A stretch of DNA of 63,780 bases, the filler included, from Octopus bimaculoides (Eukaryota): the NCBI RefSeq assembly GCF_001194135.2. It is 4 parts of 4 records of this genome, joined end to end, with 100 filler letters (N's around TTAATTAATTAA, not from the genome) between each part and the next. Parts side by side here need not be neighbours in the genome. Positions count along the whole stretch, not along the records: positions 39,371 to 58,962 come from NC_068983.1; positions 59,063 to 63,780 come from NC_069001.1; 2 more parts are not named here. The stretch is one strand, 5' to 3'. The position numbers and the translations under genes were made by a program. Below are positions 52,654-63,780 of this stretch, in pieces. The notes under the pieces are model-generated. The model was not told where the DNA came from. It saw only the letters and a program-made list of their open reading frames with translations, and ran no database searches. Each line of letters begins with the position of its first letter. Position 1 is the first letter of the stretch.

Positions 52654-53273
52654 NNNNNNNNNNNNNNNNNNNNNNNNNNNNNNNNNNNNNNNNNNNNNNN
52701 NNNNNNNNNNNNNNNNNNNNNNNNNNNNNNNNNNNNNNNNNNNNNNNNNNNNNNNNNNNNNNNNNNNNNNNNNNNNNNNNNNNNNNNNNNNNNNNNNNNN
52801 NNNNNNNNNNNNNNNNNNNNNNNNNNNNNNNNNNNNNNNNNNNNNNNNNNNNNNNNNNNNNNNNNNNNNNNNNNNNNNNNNNNNNNNNNNNNNNNNNNNN
52901 NNNNNNNNNNNNNNNNNNNNNNNNNNNNNNNNNNNNNNNNNNNNNNNNNNNNNNNNNNNNNNNNNNNNNNNNNNNNNNNNNNNNNNNNNNNNNNNNNNNN
53001 NNNNNNNNNNNNNNNNNNNNNNNNNNNNNNNNNNNNNNNNNNNNNNNNNNNNNNNNNNNNNNNNNNNNNNNNNNNNNNNNNNNNNNNNNNNNNNNNNNNN
53101 NNNNNNNNNNNNNNNNNNNNNNNNNNNNNNNNNNNNNNNNNNNNNNNNNNNNNNNNNNNNNNNNNNNNNNNNNNNNNNNNNNNNNNNNNNNNNNNNNNNN
53201 NNNNNNNNNNNNNNNNNNNNNNNNNNNNNNNNNNNNNNNNNNNNNNNNNNNNNNNNNNNNNNNNNNNNNNNNC

Positions 53274-53327
<54 letters not shown>

Positions 53328-53329
<2 letters not shown>

Positions 53330-53546
53330 AGATAGATATGACTGGTTTATGGGGTAACCCGGGGTTTCACGTCCATAAAGCACTGAGCTTTATAGCATTT
53401 CTTTAGACCTTAAGCCTCACTAGAGAGGCCATTTGCTTAAGAGGCCATAGGCCAACGGGTTTAGGGTCTGAAGAAACGCTGTTATGCCAAGTGTTTTATA
53501 GTCGTGAAATCCCGGGTAACCCCATAAACCGGCCATATCTATCTTT
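53328..53546. mobile_element. MITE-like element with ~43-bp inverted ends
   Basis: Left aaagatagatatgactggtttatggggtaaccccggggtttcacg versus right cgtgaaatcccgggtaacccataaaccggccatatctatcttt. Confidence 0.7.
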
Positions 53547-53689
53547 ATCTATATACTCTACTGCTCTATAACCTAGAGTGTACTTCTCTTTCGGATTTAT
53601 GATTTACTGAAGATGTATATATGTATGTATATATTTATATAAGGAATTAGCGATTATCGTATGAACTTCCCTAGCTTACAGCTGTTTCT

Positions 53690-53920
53690 TATTTCTTTAT
53701 TGCCCTCAAGGGACTAAAGATAGAGGGGACAAACAAGGACAGACAAGGAGATTAAGTCGATTACATCGACCCCAGTGCGTAACTGGTACTTAATTTATCG
53801 ACCCCGAAAGGATGAAAGGCAAATTCGACCTCGTCGGAATTTGAACTCAGAATGTAACAGCAGACGAAATACCGCTAAGCATTTCGCCCGGCGTGCTAAC
53901 GTTTCTGTCAGCTCGCCGCC
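53690..53920 (-). mobile_element. Full-length tRNA-derived SINE (family A) with perfect 18-bp TSD
   Basis: A-box/B-box-like head (ggcggcgagctgacagaaacgttag...gagttcaaattc). TSD tagcttacagctgtttct at 53672-53689 and 53921-53938. Confidence 0.9.
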
Positions 53921-54077
53921 TAGCTTACAGCTGTTTCTGTTGTAAGTTGCAGTGGACTCATAGCTGAATGTTTGAGTAACGCCTTATAGCTTCATCGGAG
54001 CCTCAGATATGAAGTGTAGTATATTTGAATTACATTTAAGCACCTATATACGAAAAAGCATTACCAATATATATATG

Positions 54078-54238
54078 AGGGACTTCTTTCAGTTTCCATC
54101 TACCAAATCTACTCGCAAGGCTTTGGTCAACCCATAGCTATAGTAGAGGACACTTGACCAAGGTGTCACGCAGTGGGATTGAACCCGGAACCATGTGGTT
54201 GGGAAGCAAGCTTACCGCATAGCCGTGCCTGCACCTAT
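54078..54238 (-). mobile_element. SINE family B 5' half
   Basis: Reverse-complement match to 57476-57640. Confidence 0.8.
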
Positions 54239-54609
54239 TTCTCTCTCTCTCTCTCTCTGATCTCGGTCGTTCAACGACGAGGATTCAGTTGTTCGATCAA
54301 CTGAGTTACCTGCTCCTGAGTTAATGTGTAAGTGACTGAGATAACCGCAGACATGTATACCCTTGATGCTGTTCGCAGGCAGAATCAGCACAGCAAGGTG
54401 TGTGATGAGGCTGTGTCATTTAAATTACGGGTACAATCTAACCGACGGTCTCCTATGCATTTCCCGTCCACCCAGTTTCACTGACAAGGAATGGGACAAC
54501 CAACATCTATAGAAAATAACATTTGCGCAAGATACCAGACAACGGGATCGAACCTGGAACCTCGTGGGAGCGGAGCGAATTTCTTAACCGTTTCGCTATA
54601 CTGCACCTT

Positions 54610-54655
<46 letters not shown>

Positions 54656-55166
54656 CATTCACATAAACACACGCACGTAGTTAATTACAGTGTTGAGGCT
54701 ACTTTGTTGCTACTCCAAGTTTCGCGTTCCATGACGCTTCGCTAAGTATGCAAGAAAAAGCTCTCTGTCTCTCTCCTCTCTCTCTTACTCTATCTGCCAT
54801 TAATTAGCAAAACCTCAGAGAACTAACCTCCATACAAGAAAAATAATAAATTACATGCGCGAGTGCATGTGTGTGTATGACTAAGTATAGGAGTAGGTGA
54901 ACTATATTCGGTTCGCTACCAAGAGGATCCAGGTTCGAGTATCGTTAGGCCCAAGCGAAATCATAGTTATATATATGTATATACATATACATACATATTT
55001 CGTTTTGGTATCTGGTTTGCAAGATTCTTTATGTGAGTTCGTGTATTGAAGTATATTCTGTTGTGTCTGGGGAGAGCCATTTTCTTTTTGTGCCTTATAA
55101 TTTAACACACTCACCGGTAAAATTTCCACTTAATCCTTATTTTTATTTTCCTCTCTTCTGTCTCCT

Positions 55167-55201
55167 GTTTCTGAAGAAGAATTTTTCCTGAAACGTAAAA
55201 C
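55167..55201 (+). ncRNA. Minimal hammerhead-like motif with intact core and damaged stem II
   Basis: GTTT-CTGAAGA-AGAATTTTTCCT-GAA-ACGT-A-AAAC; stem I is GTTT/AAAC and the triplet is GUA. Confidence 0.45.
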
Positions 55202-56122
55202 TAACTTTCTTTCCTTTCCTTAGCGTCTGTTAATGCTTTGCGTGTATCACGTCCTCGCGTTGTTGTTTTTCTCTTCTTGTGCTTTTCTTCGTTTTTTTTT
55301 GGTGGGGGGGATTAATTATATATANNNNNNNNNNNNNNNNNNNNNNNNNNNNNNNNNNNNNNNNNNNNNNNNNNNNNNNNNNNNNNNNNNNNNNNNNNNN
55401 NNNNNNNNNNNNNNNNNNNNNNNNNNNNNNNNNNNNNNNNNNNNNNNNNNNNNNNNNNNNNNNNNNNNNNNNNNNNNNNNNNNNNNNNNNNNNNNNNNNN
55501 NNNNNNNNNNNNNNNNNNNNNNNNNNNNNNNNNNNNNNNNNNNNNNNNNNNNNNNNNNNNNNNNNNNNNNNNNNNNNNNNNNNNNNNNNNNNNNNNNNNN
55601 NNNNNNNNNNNNNNNNNNNNNNNNNNNNNNNNNNNNNNNNNNNNNNNNNNNNNNNNNNNNNNNNNNNNNNNNNNNNNNNNNNNNNCACGGACTGCAAATT
55701 AAATTAAAATTAAAATTAATTCAAATTAAATTTGTAACGTGGAGGAATGTAGTGGCGGACAAAACAAAACAGGAAAACGAAACAGAGAACAAACAAGAAG
55801 GCTATACGGCCTGTTGTTAAATACTCGAAATACGAGACAAGAAAAACAGCCAACAGCTGATGAAGGGTCGTTCTTTATGTTGCTTGTTTTGTTTTCCATT
55901 TGTGTCTTTCGCTGTTCGAAAGAATAGCTCATGTTCCATATACTCGTGCTTCGTACTTTTTTGTTGTACACGTTTCGTGACGTCCTGTGCCTACATATGC
56001 ATAGATATATACGTATAGATGTAAGTATGTACATATACGTATGTATATATGCATATATATATATGTATACACACACACATATATATATACATACATATAT
56101 ATATAAACATTTATATATACAT

Positions 56123-56153
<31 letters not shown>

Positions 56154-56185
56154 CATATATACATATATATATACANNNNNNNNNN

Positions 56186-56224
<39 letters not shown>

Positions 56225-56624
56225 TATAGAAATGGCAAGACAACAAAAGAATGAGACATCGATATTATGTAAATAGAGGAATTTATCTGTAAATATCATG
56301 TGACAATTACGCGATTACTATGGACATTTTTATCCCCTTACCTTTACTCCCTCCCCTTACCTAGCGGTCATTCTAATAGCTCTTTTGTCTTAATAACGGT
56401 CAATCACACAGTAATTTCCCTTTGTTTTAACGGTCATTTTCATAGCATTTTTTCGATGGTCCCGATATATATCATCATCATCATCATCATTTAACGTTCA
56501 TTTCCCATACTGATATATTTATTAATAATTCGAAGTGTCGTTGGCTCGTCAAGAATAGGCGAAAATGTTTCGTTCTTTTGTTCACTTTCTCGCGCGCGCG
56601 CGTGTTTATATTCCCTTCAATATC

Positions 56625-56712
56625 GGCTACCTCTGATGAGCGTAGAGTTATATAATTGGATTGTTACTTAACACTCTGTTGTATTCTTTACGTGAGACCG
56701 ACTGGTAAGACC
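56625..56712 (+). ncRNA. Degenerate hammerhead-like motif with long stem II
   Basis: GGCTACCT-CTGATGA-GCGTAGAG...CTTTACGT-GAGA(C)CGAC-TGGTAAGACC. Stem II is 8 bp; GAAA has become GAGA and stem III is damaged. Confidence 0.35.
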
Positions 56713-56814
56713 AGCCCTGATGGATACTTAACAATAAAATTCGGATAATATATATATAGGTTTGATAAGTGTTAACGCACGGTACTCTGTGCCCTTGAGT
56801 CACTCTGTTGCTTC

Positions 56815-56853
<39 letters not shown>

Positions 56854-56884
56854 AGCCATGCTGGAGCACCGCCGTTTTGCTATA

Positions 56885-57435
56885 CTGTTATTACTGAGAG
56901 CCTCCTCTAATATGTGGCACTTGATGAAGAATGGAGTTTGGTGGAGCTACCCTCATTTGCACCTTTTGCCGTGAGGTAGGTTCATCTGGGACTCTCGACA
57001 GGAACAGGTCCAGCCTTGATTTACAAACACCTACACCTACTTTGTGCGGGTTCCTCAGGCTCTTTGTGAGAATATCAAAAAGCTGTGGGTCCCTGAAACC
57101 CAGGCTGTTGCAAAATTGGTCCTGAAGCGCGATGGCATTGCTGGGATCTTTGGCACTGTGCAGTGTCGACCCGTTCTGGCATTGGTGTATCTTTCAGTGC
57201 CAAAATTTGGCACAATTCCTTCCAGGATCTTCCAGATGTATATTGCTGCATACCACTCCTACCTTCGCTCCAGGGAGTAGAGTCTTAGCTGTTTCAGCCT
57301 TTTCCAGTAGCTTTGTAAAGTTTCGCTAGATTGCTTCAAGGTCCGCTGTTAATTTTACACGGTTGGGTGACCATAGATGGGAGCAGTAATCCAGGCGGCT
57401 GAGGACGAATGTTCTCCAAAGGATCATCATGGTTT
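56885..57435 (-). mobile_element. CR1/L2-clade LINE ORF2 3' fragment
   Basis: Minus strand reads LWRTFVLSRLDYCSHLWSPNRVKLTADLEAI*RNFTK and, after a frameshift, LKQLRLYSLERR*EWYAAIYIWKILEG, typical of the post-RT region of CR1-clade elements. Confidence 0.8.
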
Positions 57436-57475
57436 CCTTATCTCTGGTTCTGAATGTTCTCAGGGTTCATATATA

Positions 57476-58350
57476 GGCGCAGGAGTGACTGAGTGGTAAG
57501 AAGCTTGCTTCCCAAACACATGGTTCCGGGTTCAGTCCCACTGCGTGACACCTTGGGAAAGTGTCTTCTACTATAGCTTCGGGCTGACCAAAGCCTTGTG
57601 AGTGGATTAATTAGACGGAAACTGAAAGAAGTCCGTCGTATATATNNNNNNNNNNNNNNNNNNNNNNNNNNNNNNNNNNNNNNNNNNNNNNNNNNNNNNN
57701 NNNNNNNNNNNNNNNNNNNNNNNNNNNNNNNNNNNNNNNNNNNNNNNNNNNNNNNNNNNNNNNNNNNNNNNNNNNNNNNNNNNNNNNNNNNNNNNNNNNN
57801 NNNNNNNNNNNNNNNNNNNNNNNNNNNNNNNNNNNNNNNNNNNNNNNNNNNNNNNNNNNNNNNNNNNNNNNNNNNNNNNNNNNNNNNNNNNNNNNNNNNN
57901 NNNNNNNNNNNNNNNNNNNNNNNNNNNNNNNNNNNNNNNNNNNNNNNNNNNNNNNNNNNNNNNNNNNNNNNNNNNNNNNNNNNNNNNNNNNNNNNNNNNN
58001 NNNNNNNNNNNNNNNNNNNNNNNNNNNNNNNNNNNNNNNNNNNNNNNNNNNNNNNNNNNNNNNNNNNNNNNNNNNNNNNNNNNNNNNNNNNNNNNNNNNN
58101 NNNATATATACATATATATATATATACATATGTATACATATATATATATACATATATATATGTATATTGTATGTATTTGTTATTTGTGTATTTGTTCCCT
58201 CCACCATCGTTTGACAACCGATGTTGGTGTGTTTATGTCCCCGTAACTTAGCGGTTCGACAAAAAGAGACCAATAGAATAAGTCCTAGGGTCGATTTGTT
58301 CGACTAAAGGTGGTACTCCAGCATGGCCACAGTCAAATAACTGAAACAAA
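57476..58350 (+). mobile_element. tRNA-derived SINE family B with an internal (TA)n/(TG)n microsatellite (gap 57646-58103 inside)
   Basis: 5' half ggcgcaggagtgactgagtggtaagaagc...gggttcagtcccactgcg...gacggaaactgaaagaagtccgtcgtatat. 3' half ...cgtaacttagcggttcg...ctccagcatggccacagtcaaataactgaaac. Confidence 0.85.
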
Positions 58351-58396
58351 AGAATATATATATATATATATATTACTAAATGTATATATTCTACTA

Positions 58397-58434
<38 letters not shown>

Positions 58435-58764
58435 TACTAATACACACATATATATAGATATATATATATATATCATGCACGTACACACGAGCGCGCGCAT
58501 GTTATTTTTGTGTGCAGTTATGATTTTTGCCCATATGTCTTCAGGATTGTGTGCATTGTTCTGTCTTCGGAAGGCGTATAAGTCTGTAAATGTAGGCAAG
58601 TTGCCGAGTGAGAATTTCTTCACCTCTGGATATATTCATTGGTGTTGCGTGATTGTCCTTCATAAGGATTCTAATTCTGGCAAAGGTAATACTTCTATAA
58701 GAGTTACTAGGTCATGGTTATGGTTTTGTTGCACACACGCACGTAATAAGTGTGTGTGTATATA

Positions 58765-58813
<49 letters not shown>

Positions 58814-58962
58814 GTGTGTGTGTGTGTGATAACATAAATAATATATAAATATATGCATATATCCATACATATATGTACATACCTACATCTATATGTATAC
58901 ATACATGCATATATGGGTACAGGACATCACAATATACATATATATATATATGTGTATATATA

Positions 58963-59062
58963 NNNNNNNNNNNNNNNNNNNNNNNNNNNNNNNNNNNNNN
59001 NNNNNNTTAATTAATTAANNNNNNNNNNNNNNNNNNNNNNNNNNNNNNNNNNNNNNNNNNNN
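58963..59062. other. Synthetic 100-bp scaffold join
   Basis: 44 N + TTAATTAATTAA (59007-59018) + 44 N. Confidence 0.92.
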
Positions 59063-62000
59063 ATGTACAAACAAACCAACGTATATACGTAGTACGTACC
59101 TATGTAGGTACGAATGAGCGTACGTACATACGTAAGTCCGAACGAACGAGCGAACTTACTTTCGTACGAACAAAAGAACAAACGTACGTACGTACGTACG
59201 AATGAACGATCAAACGAACGAACGTAGGAACGTACGTACGTACGTAAGAACGTACGAACGAACGAACGAACGTACTAACGAACGAACGTACGTACATACG
59301 TACGAATGCACAAAAACAAATGAACGATCCAACGAACGAACGAATGAACGAACGAATGAACGTACGTACGTACGTACGAACGGACCAATCGAACAAATAA
59401 AAAGAAAGGATTGAAGGAACGTACGAATGTAAATATGTACGTAGGTATGAATGAAAGAACGAACGAACGAACGAACAAACGTACGAACGAACAAACGAAC
59501 GAACGAACGCAATAGCGACCGTAGGAACGTTCGTTCGTTGGAATGAAATAACGAGCGTATGTAAGTACATACGTACGTACGAACTTCCGAACGGACGGAC
59601 GGACGAAGGAACGAACGTACGTACGAACGAACGACGGTACGTACCTACGGACGTACGAACGAACGGAGGAATGATCAAACGTACGAGCGTACGTAAGTAC
59701 GAATACAGAAAAGAAAAACGAACGATCCAACGAACGGACGTAAGTACGTACGTAAAAACGAACCAACGTATATACGTGCGTACGTAAGTACGTACGATTG
59801 AACGCACGAACATACGTAAGTACGAACGACGGAAAGANNNNNNNNNNNNNNNNNNNNNNNNNNNNNNNNNNNNNNNNNNNNNNNNNNNNNNNNNNNNNNN
59901 NNNNNNNNNNNNNNNNNNNNNNNNNNNNNNNNNNNNNTACGTGAGCACGAACGAACGAACGATCGAACGAACGAACGTAGGAACCTAATACGTGCCTACG
60001 AACGAACGAACGAACGTAGGAACGTACGTATGAATGAAAGAAGGAACGTACGTACGTGAGCACGAATGAACGAACGATCGAACGAACGAACGAAAGTACG
60101 TGCATACGCACGTACGTACGGACGCTCAGACGGACGAAAGAATAAACGAATGAAAGCATCTACGTTTCTCCGTACGTAAGTACGTACGAACGAAGTAACG
60201 AACGATTGAAATGACGGAGCAAGAGAACGTACGAACGAACATACGAACGAACGAACGAACGAACTAACGAATGAACTTACGTACGTACGTAAGTACGTAC
60301 GGAAGAACGAAACATCGTACCTACGTGATTACGTATTTACGATCGAACGAACGAACGAACGATTGAAATGAAGGAGCAAGAGAACGTACGAACGAACATA
60401 CGAACGANNNNNNNNNNNNNNNNNNNNNNNNNNNNNNNNNNNNNNNNNNNNNNNNNNNNNNNNNNNNNNNNNNNNNNNNNNNNNNNNNNNNNNNNNNNNN
60501 NNNNNNNNNNNNNNNNNNNNNNNNNNNNNNNNNNNNNNNNNNNNNNNNNNNNNNNNNNNNNNNNNNNNNNNNNNNNNNNNNNNNNNNNNNNNNNNNNNNN
60601 NNNNNNNNNNNNNNNNNNNNNGTACGTACGTACGTACGTTAGTACGTACGAACGAGCGATCGATCGATCGAACGAACGAACGCAAGAGCGACCGTAGGAA
60701 CATACGTTCGTAGGAATGAAATAACGAACGAACGTACGTACATATGTACATACGAACGACCGAACGGACGGACGAGCGAAAGAACGAACGTACGTACGAA
60801 CGAAAGCACGAACGAACGAACGTAGGAACTACCTCCCTACCTACGAACGAACGGAGGAACGTACTAACGAACGAATGTACGTACGTACGTACGACTGCAC
60901 AAAAAACAAATGAACGAGCCAACGAACGAACGTACGTACGTACGCACGTACAAACAAACCAACGTATATACGTACGTACGTACCTATGTAGGTACGAATG
61001 AACGTACGTACATACGTAAGTCCGAACGACGAGCGAACTTACTTTCGTACGAACGAAAGAACAAACGTACGTACGTACGTACGTACGAATGAACGATCAA
61101 ACGAACGAACGTAGGAACGTACGTACGTACGTACGTACGTACGTAAGAACGTACGAACGAACGAACGATCGTATTAACGAACGAACGTACGTACTAACGA
61201 ACGAACGTACGTACTAACGAAGGAACGTACGTACGTACGAATGCACAAAAACAAATGAACGATCCAACGAACGAACGAATGAACGAACGAATGAACGTAC
61301 GTACGTACGTACGATTGGACCAATCGAACAAACAAAAGAAAGGATTGAAGGAACGTACGAATGTAAATATGTACGTAGGTACGAATGAAAGAACGAACGA
61401 ACGAACGAACGAACGAACAAACGTGGGAACGAACGTACGTAAGTTAGTACGTAAGTTATACGTAAGTACGTACGTAAGTAAGTACGTAAGTACGTACGAA
61501 AGAACGAACGGAGGAATGATCAAACGAACGAGCGTACGTAAGTACGAATACGGAAAAGAAAAACGAACGATCCAACGAACGGACGTACGCACGTACGTAA
61601 GTACGTACGTACAAACGAACCAACGTATATACGTGCGTACGTACGTACGTACACATGAACGTACGAACATACGTAAGTACGAACGACTGAAAGAACGAGC
61701 GAACGTACGTACGAACGAACTAATGAATAAAANNNNNNNNNNNNNNNNNNNNNNNNNNNNNNNNNNNNNNNNNNNNNNNNNNNNNNNNNNNNNNNNNNNN
61801 NNNNNNNNNNNNNNNNNNNNNNNNNNNNNNNNTACGTTCGTTGGAATTAATTAACTATCGAAAGTAAGTACATACGTCCGTACGAACGACCGAACGGACG
61901 GAGGGACGGACGAATGAACGTACGTATGAATGAAAGAAGGAACGTACGTACGTGAACACGAACGAACGAACGATCGAACGAACGAACGTAGGAACGTACT

Positions 62001-63780
62001 ACGTGCGTACGAACGAATGAATGAACGAACTTACGTACGTACGTACGGATGAACGAACGATCCAACGAACGAACGAAAGAACTATCGAATGTAAGTACGT
62101 ACGTACGAACGGACCAATGAACGAACGATCGAACAAAAGAACAAATAAAGGAACGAACGAATGTACGTACGTAGGTACGAACGAACGAACGAACGAACAA
62201 ACGAGGAAACGAACGTACGTACGAATGAACGAACGATCGAACGAACGAACGAACGTACGTGCGTACGCACGTACGTACTGACGGTCAGACGGACGAAAGA
62301 ATAAACGAAAGAAAGCATCTACATTCCTCCGTACGNNNNNNNNNNNNNNNNNNNNNNNNNNNNNNNNNNNNNNNNNNNNNNNNNNNNNNNNNNNNNNNNN
62401 NNNNNNNNNNNNNNNNNNNNNNNNNNNNNNNNNNNNNNNNNNNNNNNNNNNNNNNNNNNNNNNNNNNNNNNNNNNNNNNNNNNNNNNNNNNNNNNNNNNN
62501 NNNNNNNNNNNNNNNNNNNNNNNNNNNNNNNNNNNNNNNNNNNNNNNNNNNNNNNNNNNNNNNNNNNNNNNNNNNNNNNNNNNNNNNNNNNNNGAACGAA
62601 CTAACGAGTGAACTTACGTACGAACGTAAGTACGTACGGAAGAACGAAACATCGTACCTACGTAATTACGTATTTACGATCGAACGAACGAACGAACGAA
62701 CGCACGTACGTTGGTACGTACGAACGAGCGATCGAACGAACGAACGCAAGAGCGACCGTAGGAACATACGTTCGTAGGAATGAAATAACGAACGAACCTA
62801 CGTACATATGTACGTACGAACGACCGAACGGACGGACGAGCGAAAGAACGAACGTACGTACGAACGAACGAACGAACGAACGAACTTAGGAACGTACCTA
62901 CGTACGTACGAACGAACGGAGGAACGTACTAGAGAACGAATGTACGTACGTATGTACGACTGCACAAAAAACAAATGAACGATCCAACGAACGAACGTAC
63001 GTACGTACGTACGAATGAAAGCAAGAACATACTTAAGTACGAACGACGGAAAGAACGAGCGAACGTACGTACGAACGAACTAATGAATGAAATTACGTAC
63101 GTACGTATGAACGTACGTAAGTGCGTACGTACGAACGAAATATCGTACGTACGTAATTACGTAATACGAACGAACGAACGAGCGATCGAACGAACGAACG
63201 AACGAGCGATCGAGCGAACGAACGAGCGATCGAACGAACGATCGCAAGAGCGACCGTAGGAACGTACGTACGTTGGAATGAATTAACTATCGAAAGTAAG
63301 TACATACGTACGTACGAACGACCGAACGGACAGAGGGACGGACGAACGAACGTACGTATGAATGAAAGAAGGAACGTACGTACGTGAGCACGAACGAACG
63401 AACGATCGAACGAACGAACGTAGGAACGTACTACGTGCCTACGAATGAACGAATGCACAAAGGAAAAACGAACGAAAATACGTACGTACGAATGCACAAA
63501 GGAAAAACGAACGATCCAAAGAACAGACGTACGTACGCACGTACAAATGAGCCAACGTATATACGTACGTACGAATAAACGTACGTACATACGTAAGTAC
63601 GAACGACCGAAAGAACGAACGAACCTACTTTCGTATGATAGAAAGAACGAACTTACGTACGTACGTACGGATGAACGAACGATCCAACGAACGAACGAAA
63701 GAACTATCGAACGTACGTACGTACGTACGTACGAACGGACCAATGAACGAACGATCGAACAAAACAAAAAAGAACAAATA
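59063..63780. repeat. Complex CpG-rich (AACG)n/(TACG)n satellite with ~2-kb higher-order structure
   Basis: Mosaic of cgaa and cgta tetramers with recurring landmark strings; the block at 59065-59830 recurs at ~60947-61700. Contains several N-gaps and runs off the window end. Confidence 0.95.

Noticed and set aside
59100-63767. Long ORFs (up to 294 aa) of FVRS/YVRT or TNER repeats
   Set aside because: (TTCG)n, (TACG)n and (AACG)n contain no stop codons in any frame, so these are satellite artefacts, some also spanning N-runs.
59063-63780. CRISPR-like or telomeric interpretation of the terminal array
   Set aside because: No constant repeat with unique spacers and no TTAGGG arrays; eukaryotic context.

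Overview
Repeat-dominated, AT-rich animal genomic DNA, most likely an octopus (inferred from the microsatellite density, tRNA-derived SINE families and scaffold-linker style; not proven). Only two protein-coding exons are confidently recognisable, and they sit head-to-head 407 bp apart. One is the RING exon of ZNF598 (minus strand, 32460-32618). The other is the first coding exon of a synaptogyrin (plus strand, 33026-33127). No further exons of either gene were found. The rest is intronic or intergenic: decayed mariner (DD34D) and rosa-type (DD41D) transposons, a Helitron helicase fragment, RTE and CR1-type LINE fragments, several SINE families, MITEs and foldbacks, microsatellites, N-gaps (three with a synthetic TTAATTAATTAA linker) and a 4.7-kb CpG-rich (AACG)/(TACG) satellite at the right end. 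The most interesting observations are three. (1) A dispersed set of minimal type-I hammerhead-ribozyme-like motifs with palindromic stem III and non-canonical cores, including an apparent G3-C8 swap at 45096-45146 and a repeated A6U variant; most copies are degenerate and none is tested. (2) The ZNF598-synaptogyrin adjacency, which from memory mirrors human SYNGR3-ZNF598. (3) Several long foldbacks in the presumed synaptogyrin intron. Almost all ORFs in the supplied track are artefacts of microsatellites, satellites or N-runs.
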